Below, one piece after another: positions 28,244 through 37,590 of a stretch of 64,000 nt of DNA. Positions within the stretch are counted from its first letter, which is position 1, and each line of letters starts with the position of its first letter. The position numbers and the translations under genes are program-made. Source of the stretch: a virus; the IMG/VR virus record IMGVR_UViG_3300046808_001301; one strand, given 5' to 3'. The notes under the pieces were generated by a model. The model worked only from the letters and a program-made list of their open reading frames with translations. It had not been told where the DNA came from and made no database searches.

Positions 28244-29398
28244 ATGAATCAATATACATACGATTTTGAAGTCGAAACAATGGTAACAATGTTCATGAAC
28301 GCGATGAGCGACATTGTTGTTAAGAGATTTCGAAACAGACAAATGAGAGATAGACTCAAAGTCCGTATCGTATATGCTCCGAAAGAAAGAGTTCTTAATG
28401 ATCTACTAGACAGAGATCAAAATCTTCAATTACCTGTAATGTCCGTATCAATCGGAGGTATAACAAGAGACAACAACAGAACTTTTAACAAAATTTTAGG
28501 ATCATTTAATCCGGTACCAACAAAACACGGAAAAGCAGTTGTTAATGAAAGACAACCTCTTCCGATTGACCTAAACATTAAAGTGTCGATTATGACGAGG
28601 TATCAACAAGACATGGATCAAATCTTATCTCATTTGCTTCCTTACATTAATCCTTATTTTGTTGTTTCCTGGAGAACTCCAAATCGACCTGATCACGAAA
28701 TTCGGTCCAATGTTGTATGGGACGGAAATACCTCAATAACATACCCTATTGATTTAACTTCAACTCAAGTTGCTAGAGTTGTTGCTGAATTGTCATTTGT
28801 ATTCAAAGGATGGATATTCCAAGCAATACCTGATTACGACATAGGTACTATCTTTACTGTTCATTCAAATTACTACATTGCTGATCAAGGAATTCCGTTA
28901 GATTATCGATACGAAGACGAAAACATAAGAGAGTCTTCATGGAGAAACGATTATCGGCCCGTTTCTGGTGTTCCTCCTCAACCAAAAATTGCTTATCCAG
29001 ATTTTGGACACATCGACCAATCCAGACAATTTTTGCTATACGGCTCAGGTTTTACTTCGATTAACAATATATATTTGTCAGGAGCTCCGTTTTTTAACGT
29101 GTCAACGACTCAGGTTCCGTTTTCATCTATTCCTGAACTTTCTGGCGTAACTTTTAATGCTGTAAAATTAAATTCAGCTAATTGGACATACGACAAAGAT
29201 AATTTAGTAACATTTGTAATGCCTACCGCAACTCAGTCGGGATATGTTGATGTGCTACTAGAGGGCCCGTACGGAGTAGGATCTCTTACTGAATCCGTAC
29301 GTGTAAATAATTTTAATCCTTATCATCCAAGCCATCCAGAGCACGCAACTTACGTTCCGTATCAATTGCCGTTTTTATCCGGCATAAGACTTTTTTAA
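28244..29398 (+). CDS. gp15: Tail sheath stabiliser / tail terminator (gp15-like) with a C-terminal Ig/IPT-like extension
   Basis: YAPKER, LPVMSV, PLPIDLNIKVSIMTRYQQDMDQI...PYINP, FKGWIF. Confidence 0.85.
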   Translation: MNQYTYDFEVETMVTMFMNAMSDIVVKRFRNRQMRDRLKVRIVYAPKERVLNDLLDRDQNLQLPVMSVSIGGITRDNNRTFNKILGSFNPVPTKHGKAVVNERQPLPIDLNIKVSIMTRYQQDMDQILSHLLPYINPYFVVSWRTPNRPDHEIRSNVVWDGNTSITYPIDLTSTQVARVVAELSFVFKGWIFQAIPDYDIGTIFTVHSNYYIADQGIPLDYRYEDENIRESSWRNDYRPVSGVPPQPKIAYPDFGHIDQSRQFLLYGSGFTSINNIYLSGAPFFNVSTTQVPFSSIPELSGVTFNAVKLNSANWTYDKDNLVTFVMPTATQSGYVDVLLEGPYGVGSLTESVRVNNFNPYHPSHPEHATYVPYQLPFLSGIRLF

Positions 29399-29441
29399 AA
29401 TGATTCCAAAAAAAATAACATTTTAAGATAAATATATCTAT

Positions 29442-30410
29442 ATGTCAATCGCTACAAACCTCAAAAAAAGAACCACGAGCTTAGCAGCTGCTGCTTTAAC
29501 TAAAGGAAAAAATGTAACCCCTCGTATTAAAACAACCAGCTTGACGGAGCTTGAGTTAACGTTTGACGTCTCAATGTCTAGCCCAGAAAACGTAGATGAT
29601 ACAAATCGTTTATCAGTTTCTTTTGTTAATGGCAAAACTGGAGTAATTTATTATAAAGCTGAACCTCCAAGCACAGAGAGCGAAGCTTATATTCCAGCAA
29701 CAATGACATTGTTTGTTAATAATGAGGTGCATGCGGTTGTTGACTTTTTCTCTGACAGAATCGGTGACCCTTTTGCTCTTTCAATTTACGGCTTTACTCC
29801 ACAAGAAGGTCCTCAAACAGGTACTTTTAAGCGAAACGTTTTCCAAGTTGACGGAAAGTTTACAGATGGGGATTTGTTTTTTAATATTATTGTGCCAACA
29901 GCTGTTCCGACACCGACAGCCACAATTGAACCAACATCAACTCCTCTTCCTACGCCAACACCTGAGCCAACTCCTGAGCCTGAGCCAACAGCAACTCCAT
30001 GGCCGACTGAAACTCCATGGCCGACTGAAACTCCATGGCCGACTGAAACTCCGTGGCCAACCGAAGTTCCTCCAACGGAAGTTCCTCCAACAGAAGTTCC
30101 TCCAACGGAAGTTCCTCCAACAGAAGTTCCTCCAACTCCGGTTCCTCCAACTCCGGTTCCTCCAACGGAAGTTCCTCCAACGGAAGTTCCTCCAACGGAA
30201 GTTCCTCCAACAGAAGTTCCTCCAACTCCGGTTCCTCCAACGGAAGTTCCTCCAACAGAAGTTCCTCCAACGGATGTTCCGCCAACTGAAGTTCCGCCAA
30301 CTGAAGTTCCGCCAACTCCAGTTCCTCCAACTGATGTTCCTCCAACTGAAGTTCCGCCAACTGAAGTTCCGCCAACTGAAGTTCCTCCAACTCCAGTTCC
30401 AGAGCCATAA
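29442..30410 (+). CDS. Structural/decoration protein with a long Pro/Thr-rich stalk
   Basis: Beta-rich N-terminal domain, then TETPWP and TEVPP repeats; TAAATA 7 nt upstream. Confidence 0.8.
   Translation: MSIATNLKKRTTSLAAAALTKGKNVTPRIKTTSLTELELTFDVSMSSPENVDDTNRLSVSFVNGKTGVIYYKAEPPSTESEAYIPATMTLFVNNEVHAVVDFFSDRIGDPFALSIYGFTPQEGPQTGTFKRNVFQVDGKFTDGDLFFNIIVPTAVPTPTATIEPTSTPLPTPTPEPTPEPEPTATPWPTETPWPTETPWPTETPWPTEVPPTEVPPTEVPPTEVPPTEVPPTPVPPTPVPPTEVPPTEVPPTEVPPTEVPPTPVPPTEVPPTEVPPTDVPPTEVPPTEVPPTPVPPTDVPPTEVPPTEVPPTEVPPTPVPEP
29994..30401 (+). repeat. Coding tandem repeats: about 4 x 18 nt (TPWPTE) and about 23 x 15 nt (T[E/P/D]VPP)
   Basis: Directly visible, e.g. repeated GAAGTTCCTCCAAC units. 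Confidence 0.97.
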
Positions 30411-30448
30411 TTCCAAATAACGTATGAGTTTTTGGATAAGTAATTATA

Positions 30449-31771
30449 ATGAAGGCTGTCTCTTGCTATGGTGATTATTACGGTAAATTTACGCTAGTTA
30501 GTAATGATTCGACAACAACATTACCGTTTAGTACAGTCGATTCAAATTTAATTAGCGTCAAAACCCCATCTGGATCCAAGACAACTCTTATAGAATATAT
30601 TTCCGGAAGTTCGAATTTTACTGGGTTTGATCCTGCTTCAGGTTACATCGTATTTGCAAGACAACCGTTTGTATTACAAGATTTTCAATCTCAAAGCATT
30701 GTATCTCAAATTGACATTCCAGGAGATATACTAGGTAAATACACAATATTTCGATATCCGTTTGTAAATTCTTTACCGATTAGCTCTTACAACGTTAATA
30801 TATACGAAGTTAAAACCACCTCGTCTGAAAATTCAATTCTCAGAACACACTCTCCTTCAAATAACATAAATCCATTTACGGAATTTGAATTCAACAAATA
30901 TTATCTAATCAGAGCTAGAAATAATTTTTCTATTATTAATCCAGATCCTTCAATAACTGCGGATTTACAAGTAGGCTCAATCAGTGCAGGGGAAGTGGTA
31001 CCAGGAGGAACCAATTTGCAAGGATTCATTGATCAATTAGTAAGAACAATATTCGAACCAACGTTTGTTGAGCCAACCGTATACGCAGTAACAGACCTTC
31101 CAACATCCGTTGAAGTGGGAACGACTGGAGTGGTATTGTCCGCTGTATTCAACAGTGGAGCTATTGTCGGAGCGTTGGTTGGAGGAATTTGGAATCCATT
31201 AATGGCTCAAGATGTAAGATCAGGAGCAATTACAAATTACACTTTAAGCGGCGTTTCTAACAACACAACTCCATATTTGTCGTTTCCGACTAAGGTAATT
31301 GAAGATGGATCAAACACTTTTGCTGTGTCAGCCACATATTCTCAAGGACCTCAACCTTTAAATAACAGAAACAACAATTTTTCTGCTCCTCTTTTAGCTG
31401 GCACAGTAACTTCTTCTATAACAATTAATGGAAAAAGAAAAGCATTTTATGGTGTTAATATCGGAACGCTCAATAGTCCAAACATTAGAGCTTTAACAGG
31501 CAATGTTCTCGGTCCGCAAAAAGGAACCTCGTTTACGATTAATATTCCAATTGGCACTACAAATGTTGCATTTGCTTATCCTAGTTCATTGGGAGCAGTA
31601 TCAAAAGTTTCTTACTATGAAGGATTTGAAGCAGACGTAAAAGAAAACTTTACTTTAACTACCGTTCAAGTTTCAGGACTGAACGACTACACCCCAATTA
31701 ATTATAATACATATACATACGCTCCCGTCGAACCGTTTAGCGAAGAAGTTAATTACATTGTAACGATATAA
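30449..31771 (+). CDS. Virion structural protein with Ig-like domains
   Basis: Beta-rich and Thr/Ser-rich; late-type TAAGTA; inside the fibre cluster. Confidence 0.65.
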   Translation: MKAVSCYGDYYGKFTLVSNDSTTTLPFSTVDSNLISVKTPSGSKTTLIEYISGSSNFTGFDPASGYIVFARQPFVLQDFQSQSIVSQIDIPGDILGKYTIFRYPFVNSLPISSYNVNIYEVKTTSSENSILRTHSPSNNINPFTEFEFNKYYLIRARNNFSIINPDPSITADLQVGSISAGEVVPGGTNLQGFIDQLVRTIFEPTFVEPTVYAVTDLPTSVEVGTTGVVLSAVFNSGAIVGALVGGIWNPLMAQDVRSGAITNYTLSGVSNNTTPYLSFPTKVIEDGSNTFAVSATYSQGPQPLNNRNNNFSAPLLAGTVTSSITINGKRKAFYGVNIGTLNSPNIRALTGNVLGPQKGTSFTINIPIGTTNVAFAYPSSLGAVSKVSYYEGFEADVKENFTLTTVQVSGLNDYTPINYNTYTYAPVEPFSEEVNYIVTI

Positions 31772-31775
31772 TTTT

Positions 31776-33536
31776 ATGGGCGACTTTATTTTTCCACTTC
31801 AATTTAAAAGACAATTTAGTGCTCCAGTTGATGTTGATGCTGTATTCGCTACAACTGCTGAAAGAATTGCTTATTTAACGTCAGAACGAAGATATGCAGG
31901 ACAAATTGTCTCTGACTTACAAGACGGTCGAACATATCAACTAAATTCAGCAAAAACCGCGTGGGTTCATGTAGCCAGGCAAGGAGACTCATATTATTTG
32001 GCTTTAACGGGTGGAAATGTTTACGGAAACGTTACAATTCATGGAGATCTTTCATCAACAGGCACTCAAACATTTGCAAACACTATTTTCAATACAACTA
32101 GTGCTCTTAGTGTTGTTAATTTTGGACCAAATGCTGCTTTATATGTGTCCCAAGATGGAACCGGAGACATTGCATCATTCTACGACAAAGATTCTGGTAT
32201 TGAAGTCCTTCACGTTGGAGGAGATCACTCAACAAACAACTTTGTAGGAGTTAGAACAAGTACTCCAAACAAAGAATTTACCGTCAACGGAGAAATAAGT
32301 GCCTCAGCTATTTATGACGGAAAGGGAGGGTCTTCCGACACTTGGAATAGTGTCTTTAGTAATGTCAATCAAGCTTCAGCATATTGGACATTTCAAAATG
32401 ATCTTGTCGTTTCTCTTCCAATTGGAAAATCATTTGGTAGATATTCTAACGGATCAGTTATTCCCGCTACAGGAAAAACTCCAAAAGAAGTTATTTTACT
32501 TTCCATACAAGAGCCAATTACTCCTGCTGCATTTATTACTCCATCCTCTTCCACGACAGCATTCAATAAGACAGCAGTTGTCAACACTCTCAATTTTACT
32601 CATTTTATTTCAAGTCTCAATGCTACTTGTGCTTCGGGAACCATAGACTGGAGAAGAAACAATGCAGGAACTTGGACTAATCTATCAGCAACTACATTAT
32701 CAGCTGGCTCTTACGTTCATAATTACACAGACACAAACTACAACACTCAACCGTTTAACTACAGATATGTTGTAACGGATACAGCAGGAGCAGCGGTAAC
32801 AGCTACAAATAACGTAACAGTAGTGGCTTATAGTGCTCCAACAATTACTATAAGTGTGACTGGACCCAATATTTCTGGAAGTGAGAGTAATTTAGCCAGA
32901 GAAAAAGGCAATGTAAGTTCAAATATTAGCGGAACAATTACAAAAAATTCAACACTTGTTCCGCTAGTTAGTTACGCAATAGAATATCAAGTTAACGGTA
33001 CTGGATCATGGTTTGAGACAGGAATATCTGGACAAATTACAGGAGATCCTTCTCCTTACAACATACCAGCTACAAATCATAATAATCCGACTCTTGTTGG
33101 ATCTAATTCAATTGGCTACAGAATTAAAGTTGTTGATCAATTTAGACGCTCAGCTGCTACTCAAGATTACAGCTCAACAAGCCTTATTAATTTTTATAAT
33201 TTAATATTCCTCGGGCCTTCATCTTCTGCTCCAACAAACTCGAGCCAAGTCAGAGCCTTATCGTCAATTTTGAGCATCAATACGAGCACTCAAAACCCAT
33301 TTAATTTACATACAGGCACTACTCATACTAATTTCACCGTAGCTATGCCTAATAGCTTGAGCATAACAAACGTAATTGATCTCGATGCCTCAAATGCTCC
33401 TTTAACAAACAATTATATCAACAATCCGTTTAATGTTAATGATTATGCTGGTACTGCAACATCTTATAAAGTATACACTTTAACTGCAGGCATCCCATAC
33501 AGCAGCAATCACAGACATCAAGTAACTAGAGCATAA
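31776..33536 (+). CDS. Tail fibre-like protein
   Basis: YLALTGGNVYGNVTIHGDL and VGVRTSTP fibre-type repeats; Ig-like C-terminus. Confidence 0.7.
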   Translation: MGDFIFPLQFKRQFSAPVDVDAVFATTAERIAYLTSERRYAGQIVSDLQDGRTYQLNSAKTAWVHVARQGDSYYLALTGGNVYGNVTIHGDLSSTGTQTFANTIFNTTSALSVVNFGPNAALYVSQDGTGDIASFYDKDSGIEVLHVGGDHSTNNFVGVRTSTPNKEFTVNGEISASAIYDGKGGSSDTWNSVFSNVNQASAYWTFQNDLVVSLPIGKSFGRYSNGSVIPATGKTPKEVILLSIQEPITPAAFITPSSSTTAFNKTAVVNTLNFTHFISSLNATCASGTIDWRRNNAGTWTNLSATTLSAGSYVHNYTDTNYNTQPFNYRYVVTDTAGAAVTATNNVTVVAYSAPTITISVTGPNISGSESNLAREKGNVSSNISGTITKNSTLVPLVSYAIEYQVNGTGSWFETGISGQITGDPSPYNIPATNHNNPTLVGSNSIGYRIKVVDQFRRSAATQDYSSTSLINFYNLIFLGPSSSAPTNSSQVRALSSILSINTSTQNPFNLHTGTTHTNFTVAMPNSLSITNVIDLDASNAPLTNNYINNPFNVNDYAGTATSYKVYTLTAGIPYSSNHRHQVTRA

Positions 33537-33544
33537 ATAATACT

Positions 33545-34294
33545 ATGGCGTTAACAACAGGATTTCAAGTACCATACGGATTTCAGCCAACAGTTGCTGT
33601 TCCAGCAGATGCTTGGTCTGGTCCATACGAAGGGATTACTATAGCTGGAGCACTTACTGCAGCAAATTTAGCTGTTTCTCCGGCTATTAGATTCAAATCT
33701 CTTGAAGTTCGATTACTTGTTAACGGAGTTTCTCAAAAATACTGGTACAAAAATGGAATAACAGACGGAGATTTAGTTCCTTTTGACATTGATAGATATG
33801 CAGCGGTTTCTACAAAATTAGAAGCAGCTTCTGCTAGCTGGGATTCTGTTTATAGTTCTGTAAACCCAATTAGTGCAAATTGGAATTCGGTTTATAGTTC
33901 CGTAACTGCAGTCAGCGCAAATTGGGACTCTGTTTATAACTCTGTACATCCAGTTAGCGCAAATTGGGACTCTGTTTATAGTTCTGTAAACCCAATTAGT
34001 GCAAATTGGAATTCGGTTTATAGTTCTGTAAATCCGATTAGCGCAACTTGGAATTCGGTTTATTCTACTGTACAAACAATATCTGGCGGTCAATATGCTC
34101 CAATTAGAAAATTCGACATACAGGATGATGGGTTTACTACCTATTCTGGAATCGCATTATACGGTACGTACGACAATATAGCTGGTTGGAGAATAACTAG
34201 ACTAAAAACAACTCTTAGTGGAACGGTGTCAAGCAATCAAGTTGCAATAAACGCTGTATGGACTGATAGACAACAGATCACGACTTATACATAA
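33545..34294 (+). CDS. Fibre/whisker-like protein with 14-aa coiled-coil repeats
   Basis: Six SA[NST]W[DN]SVYxxV repeats. Confidence 0.7.
   Translation: MALTTGFQVPYGFQPTVAVPADAWSGPYEGITIAGALTAANLAVSPAIRFKSLEVRLLVNGVSQKYWYKNGITDGDLVPFDIDRYAAVSTKLEAASASWDSVYSSVNPISANWNSVYSSVTAVSANWDSVYNSVHPVSANWDSVYSSVNPISANWNSVYSSVNPISATWNSVYSTVQTISGGQYAPIRKFDIQDDGFTTYSGIALYGTYDNIAGWRITRLKTTLSGTVSSNQVAINAVWTDRQQITTYT
33830..34081 (+). repeat. Coding tandem repeat, 6 x 42 nt
   Basis: GCAAATTGG[G/A]A[C/T]TC[T/G]GTTTATAG-type units. Confidence 0.95.
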
Positions 34295-34311
34295 GTATAA
34301 GCTAATATAGA

Positions 34312-37296
34312 ATGATCACAAGTCCAACACAACTTTCTAACTGCATTGTGTGGCTAGATGCTGCCGACACGTCTACGATGTTTTTAAATGTCAGCGCTAC
34401 AAGATTTAATCTTGTTACCAATCCTGTTAATTTTGATACCCTTCAAGGATTAGTAGCAACAACGTGGGGTAGAACTACAAACGTAGGAGTGTCTTCTTCT
34501 CTTGTGGGAACGACTAGTCCTCACGGTTTGTCAGGAACAAGAATTTTTAGAGCCACTAATACTGCTACGACGTTACAATGTCTATCAACTACAGTTACAT
34601 TACAGCCCTCAGGATATACTTTTGCTATCTATTTAAAGCCGGTAAGGACCTCGATGATGAGTACTCCTCCTCCTCTTTCAGCAGTAGTGCTTGAGCTAAT
34701 CAATGTAAATAAAACTCAAGGAGCTTCTTGCACTTATATTTTGAGTAGTATAGGACAGCTTTCTGCAAACACGCTGCAGAATTACGGCACGACAATAGAT
34801 TCAACAGCAACTATAACTCTTTCTACCGACAATTGGTATTTCTGTACCCTTACTGTAAGGAACCCAACATCGAGTCCTGTAACATATTATCCTCGAATAA
34901 CATTTCCGTTAGATGGAAACGTTTACGGCTACGGGGCTCAAGTAGAATTAAGTGCAACGTTTGGAGGTCATTTATATCGCTCAACAGTCGATGCTGCAAG
35001 CTCTGTAGTTACTCAAAATGGAGACGCGGTTGCATTATGGAAAGACAAAACTCCAAATAACAGACATTTTTCTACGATTTATGAATCCTCTCCTTTGACG
35101 AGAAGACCAACATGGAATTCATCTCTTAGTTGTTTAGTATTTGACGGAGTAGACGACACATTTGTTTCTTATTTTGATCAAAGATATAGCGAACAGACTG
35201 TTTTCATGGTAACGAGAAAAAGGAATACGACAAATAGTGCTCTTTATACTCAACACATGGGAGAAAATTATCCGTTTTATGTCAATTCAACAAACGGGAG
35301 TTATTTTAACTCAAGTGCTGGAAATCTGCCAGTTCAGCCGTTATATAGTGAATCCTCTTATCCGGTCACATACGGAGTAAATGTCGGAAATGCTGGAGAT
35401 CCCAGTTTAGTAATTCGAAATTATGCTTCTCGTCCTGGAAATGTTACGTTTTTAAACCGTTTTCATACTTATACATCTTGGATTTCAGGAGCTTGGATAG
35501 CGTTAGCTGCTGATGGATTATATGATGCTATTAGGGATTCCTCGGCGTATCTACGATATCAAAGCATTACCAATAACACATGGCCAGTATTTACTTCCAA
35601 CCCTCGATACAATAGTACAGTTCATGAAACAAGATTGTGTTCTCACAGAGACGTCAATCGAGTTTCAGTAGCACACTATCCAGGAGATATGTGCGAAGTT
35701 ATCGTATACAACAGAGCTTTAACGAGCGTAGAACGAGAGGAAGTTGAATATTATTTGTTCAGAAAATGGTACCACCTCAACGGGTTAACTCGTACAATTC
35801 ACGCTGTTAAAAACGGTGTCCTAGAAGATGGAGCTACGTGGAATATAAACAGCGAACCAGCTCCATTCAATAGTGCTTTACTAGAAAGAGACAATTTACT
35901 AACAAATGGGTTTCAAGTTACAGCCAATCTTCCAAAAATGCATTTTCCCTCATATGGAAATGCTTATCAGCGGCCATGGATGGCTCTTGGTGGATCAATT
36001 ATACTTACATCCAATGTACAAGAAATATCTGGTTATGCCGTTGGAAACAACCACACTGCTCCTAGGTCTTTTACTGTTTATGTTTCTTCAGGACCAAACA
36101 GTTTTGTAAACGCTCTCAGTTCTCTTGTTCCTTTTGGCGGAAACGCTGTTGGAGTGGCTCCTTATAGCACAATAAATTTATGTCCCGGAGTGTATATACA
36201 TCAAGGCAATGGTGCTGCTAGTTGGCACGACCAGGGTTGGTCTTCTCAGCCTTGTATTATTACTACTCAAAATTCAACAATTTCTGGCAATCGAATTACA
36301 CTAGAAGATACTAATAACCAAAACGACGGAAATAAACGTAGATATGCAATCGAATTAAGCGGAACTAATAACACAATTACTTTAAACAATAGTTATATTA
36401 GAAATCAAGTAAAATCTACTCAGCCAGCTCAAACAATATATTGTGGGTCAAGCACAAATACTATTAACTTGTCTGGCTGTATTATTTCTTGCAACGAAGC
36501 AACCGGCAATCTTAACGTTTCTCCTAATACGTTTTTTGGAACAGCTATCCATATTAATGCTGATAGCATTTTAAACATTAAAGATTCAACCGTTTATGGT
36601 CCAAAACAAAGTCCACAGGATCAAACACAAGGATGCATAGCGTTAACAAACCAAGCTAAGGCATATTTTGATAACGTAAAACTTGTTCCTTATACTGAAT
36701 TTACTTACACTTATCCGCACATTAATACTGTCATATGGGTTCAAGATTCGGCTTCATTAGCAATGTGGCTTAGTGCTGACAACATCGTGCCAAACGCTCA
36801 ATCTCCTTCAATTTTTTCGATTAGCACTTCCCCAGTATCAGCATATACTAGAGAAAATGTTTTACATCACGCTAGCGGCAAACAAAGCATTTATGCAACA
36901 AAATTTAAATTAATTCCTGTAAACGACCCGGTTTTATACACAAGACAAACAGGAAGAGAAGCTGGTACGTATGTTTATTACTGGACGCCTAACGCTACGT
37001 TTAGTCTTCCAGATCCTTCAGACGTGCAAGAAGGCTATGAGTATTACGATCAGACCAACGGAATTCCGGTTTTTGGAACCTGTGTATTGCCGCCAGCAGA
37101 TGCATTGTATTACGGAGTTTTTGCTGGGTCAAAAGATAACGGAGGTTATTACGGAACAGCTGTGTTCGATCCTGATACTATTTTAACAGTGCCCTTATCA
37201 ACAACTTTACTAAGCGACAGTATTGGAGAAAGAATAAAAAACACTACTACGAATCAAATACTTTCTAGTCTTGTTAATAGTTGGAATTTTGCATAA
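34312..37296 (+). CDS. Modular fibre/adhesin protein (LamG/ConA-like domain, beta-helix, shared C-terminal module)
   Basis: WLDAAD...WKDK...FDG...EVIVYNRALT...YL..KW; C-terminal LPDPSDV..G...GTCVLP module. Confidence 0.75.
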   Translation: MITSPTQLSNCIVWLDAADTSTMFLNVSATRFNLVTNPVNFDTLQGLVATTWGRTTNVGVSSSLVGTTSPHGLSGTRIFRATNTATTLQCLSTTVTLQPSGYTFAIYLKPVRTSMMSTPPPLSAVVLELINVNKTQGASCTYILSSIGQLSANTLQNYGTTIDSTATITLSTDNWYFCTLTVRNPTSSPVTYYPRITFPLDGNVYGYGAQVELSATFGGHLYRSTVDAASSVVTQNGDAVALWKDKTPNNRHFSTIYESSPLTRRPTWNSSLSCLVFDGVDDTFVSYFDQRYSEQTVFMVTRKRNTTNSALYTQHMGENYPFYVNSTNGSYFNSSAGNLPVQPLYSESSYPVTYGVNVGNAGDPSLVIRNYASRPGNVTFLNRFHTYTSWISGAWIALAADGLYDAIRDSSAYLRYQSITNNTWPVFTSNPRYNSTVHETRLCSHRDVNRVSVAHYPGDMCEVIVYNRALTSVEREEVEYYLFRKWYHLNGLTRTIHAVKNGVLEDGATWNINSEPAPFNSALLERDNLLTNGFQVTANLPKMHFPSYGNAYQRPWMALGGSIILTSNVQEISGYAVGNNHTAPRSFTVYVSSGPNSFVNALSSLVPFGGNAVGVAPYSTINLCPGVYIHQGNGAASWHDQGWSSQPCIITTQNSTISGNRITLEDTNNQNDGNKRRYAIELSGTNNTITLNNSYIRNQVKSTQPAQTIYCGSSTNTINLSGCIISCNEATGNLNVSPNTFFGTAIHINADSILNIKDSTVYGPKQSPQDQTQGCIALTNQAKAYFDNVKLVPYTEFTYTYPHINTVIWVQDSASLAMWLSADNIVPNAQSPSIFSISTSPVSAYTRENVLHHASGKQSIYATKFKLIPVNDPVLYTRQTGREAGTYVYYWTPNATFSLPDPSDVQEGYEYYDQTNGIPVFGTCVLPPADALYYGVFAGSKDNGGYYGTAVFDPDTILTVPLSTTLLSDSIGERIKNTTTNQILSSLVNSWNFA

Positions 37297-37305
37297 ATAA
37301 TAGTT

Positions 37306-37587
37306 ATGCAAACAACAAATCCGATTGAAGATAACGGACACGTATATCCATTGTACAGCGCCAGTTTAGCAATTAGTTCTCTTTACAAAAATAATCAATT
37401 CGAGGCGTATACGTCACTAAGATTAGTACCAACAAGATTGGACGAACAAGGTAACGGGATAACGCTTGAGGAAAAAGACAAGTCAATTGCAATTGGGACA
37501 GTAACTAATATTTCTGGACCTGAACAAGAAGCAATGCAAGAAATTTATCAAGCTGTACAAAAATACATTATTGCTAAAGGTTTATAA
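37306..37587 (+). CDS. Small protein, possible fibre assembly chaperone
   Basis: 93 aa between two fibre genes; own TAAATA. Confidence 0.6.
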   Translation: MQTTNPIEDNGHVYPLYSASLAISSLYKNNQFEAYTSLRLVPTRLDEQGNGITLEEKDKSIAIGTVTNISGPEQEAMQEIYQAVQKYIIAKGL

Positions 37588-37590
37588 CAA

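Noticed and set aside
29994-30401. Possible CRISPR array
   Set aside because: The repeats are contiguous and in-frame with no unique spacers, and there are no cas genes. The same applies to the 42-nt and 75-nt repeats.
29713-30420. Alternative-frame and antisense ORFs with WRNF, LEELPL, KFLQ and NGSSS repeats
   Set aside because: These are by-products of a stop-free 15-nt tandem repeat. Only the 29442 frame has a promoter, an ATG and a globular domain.
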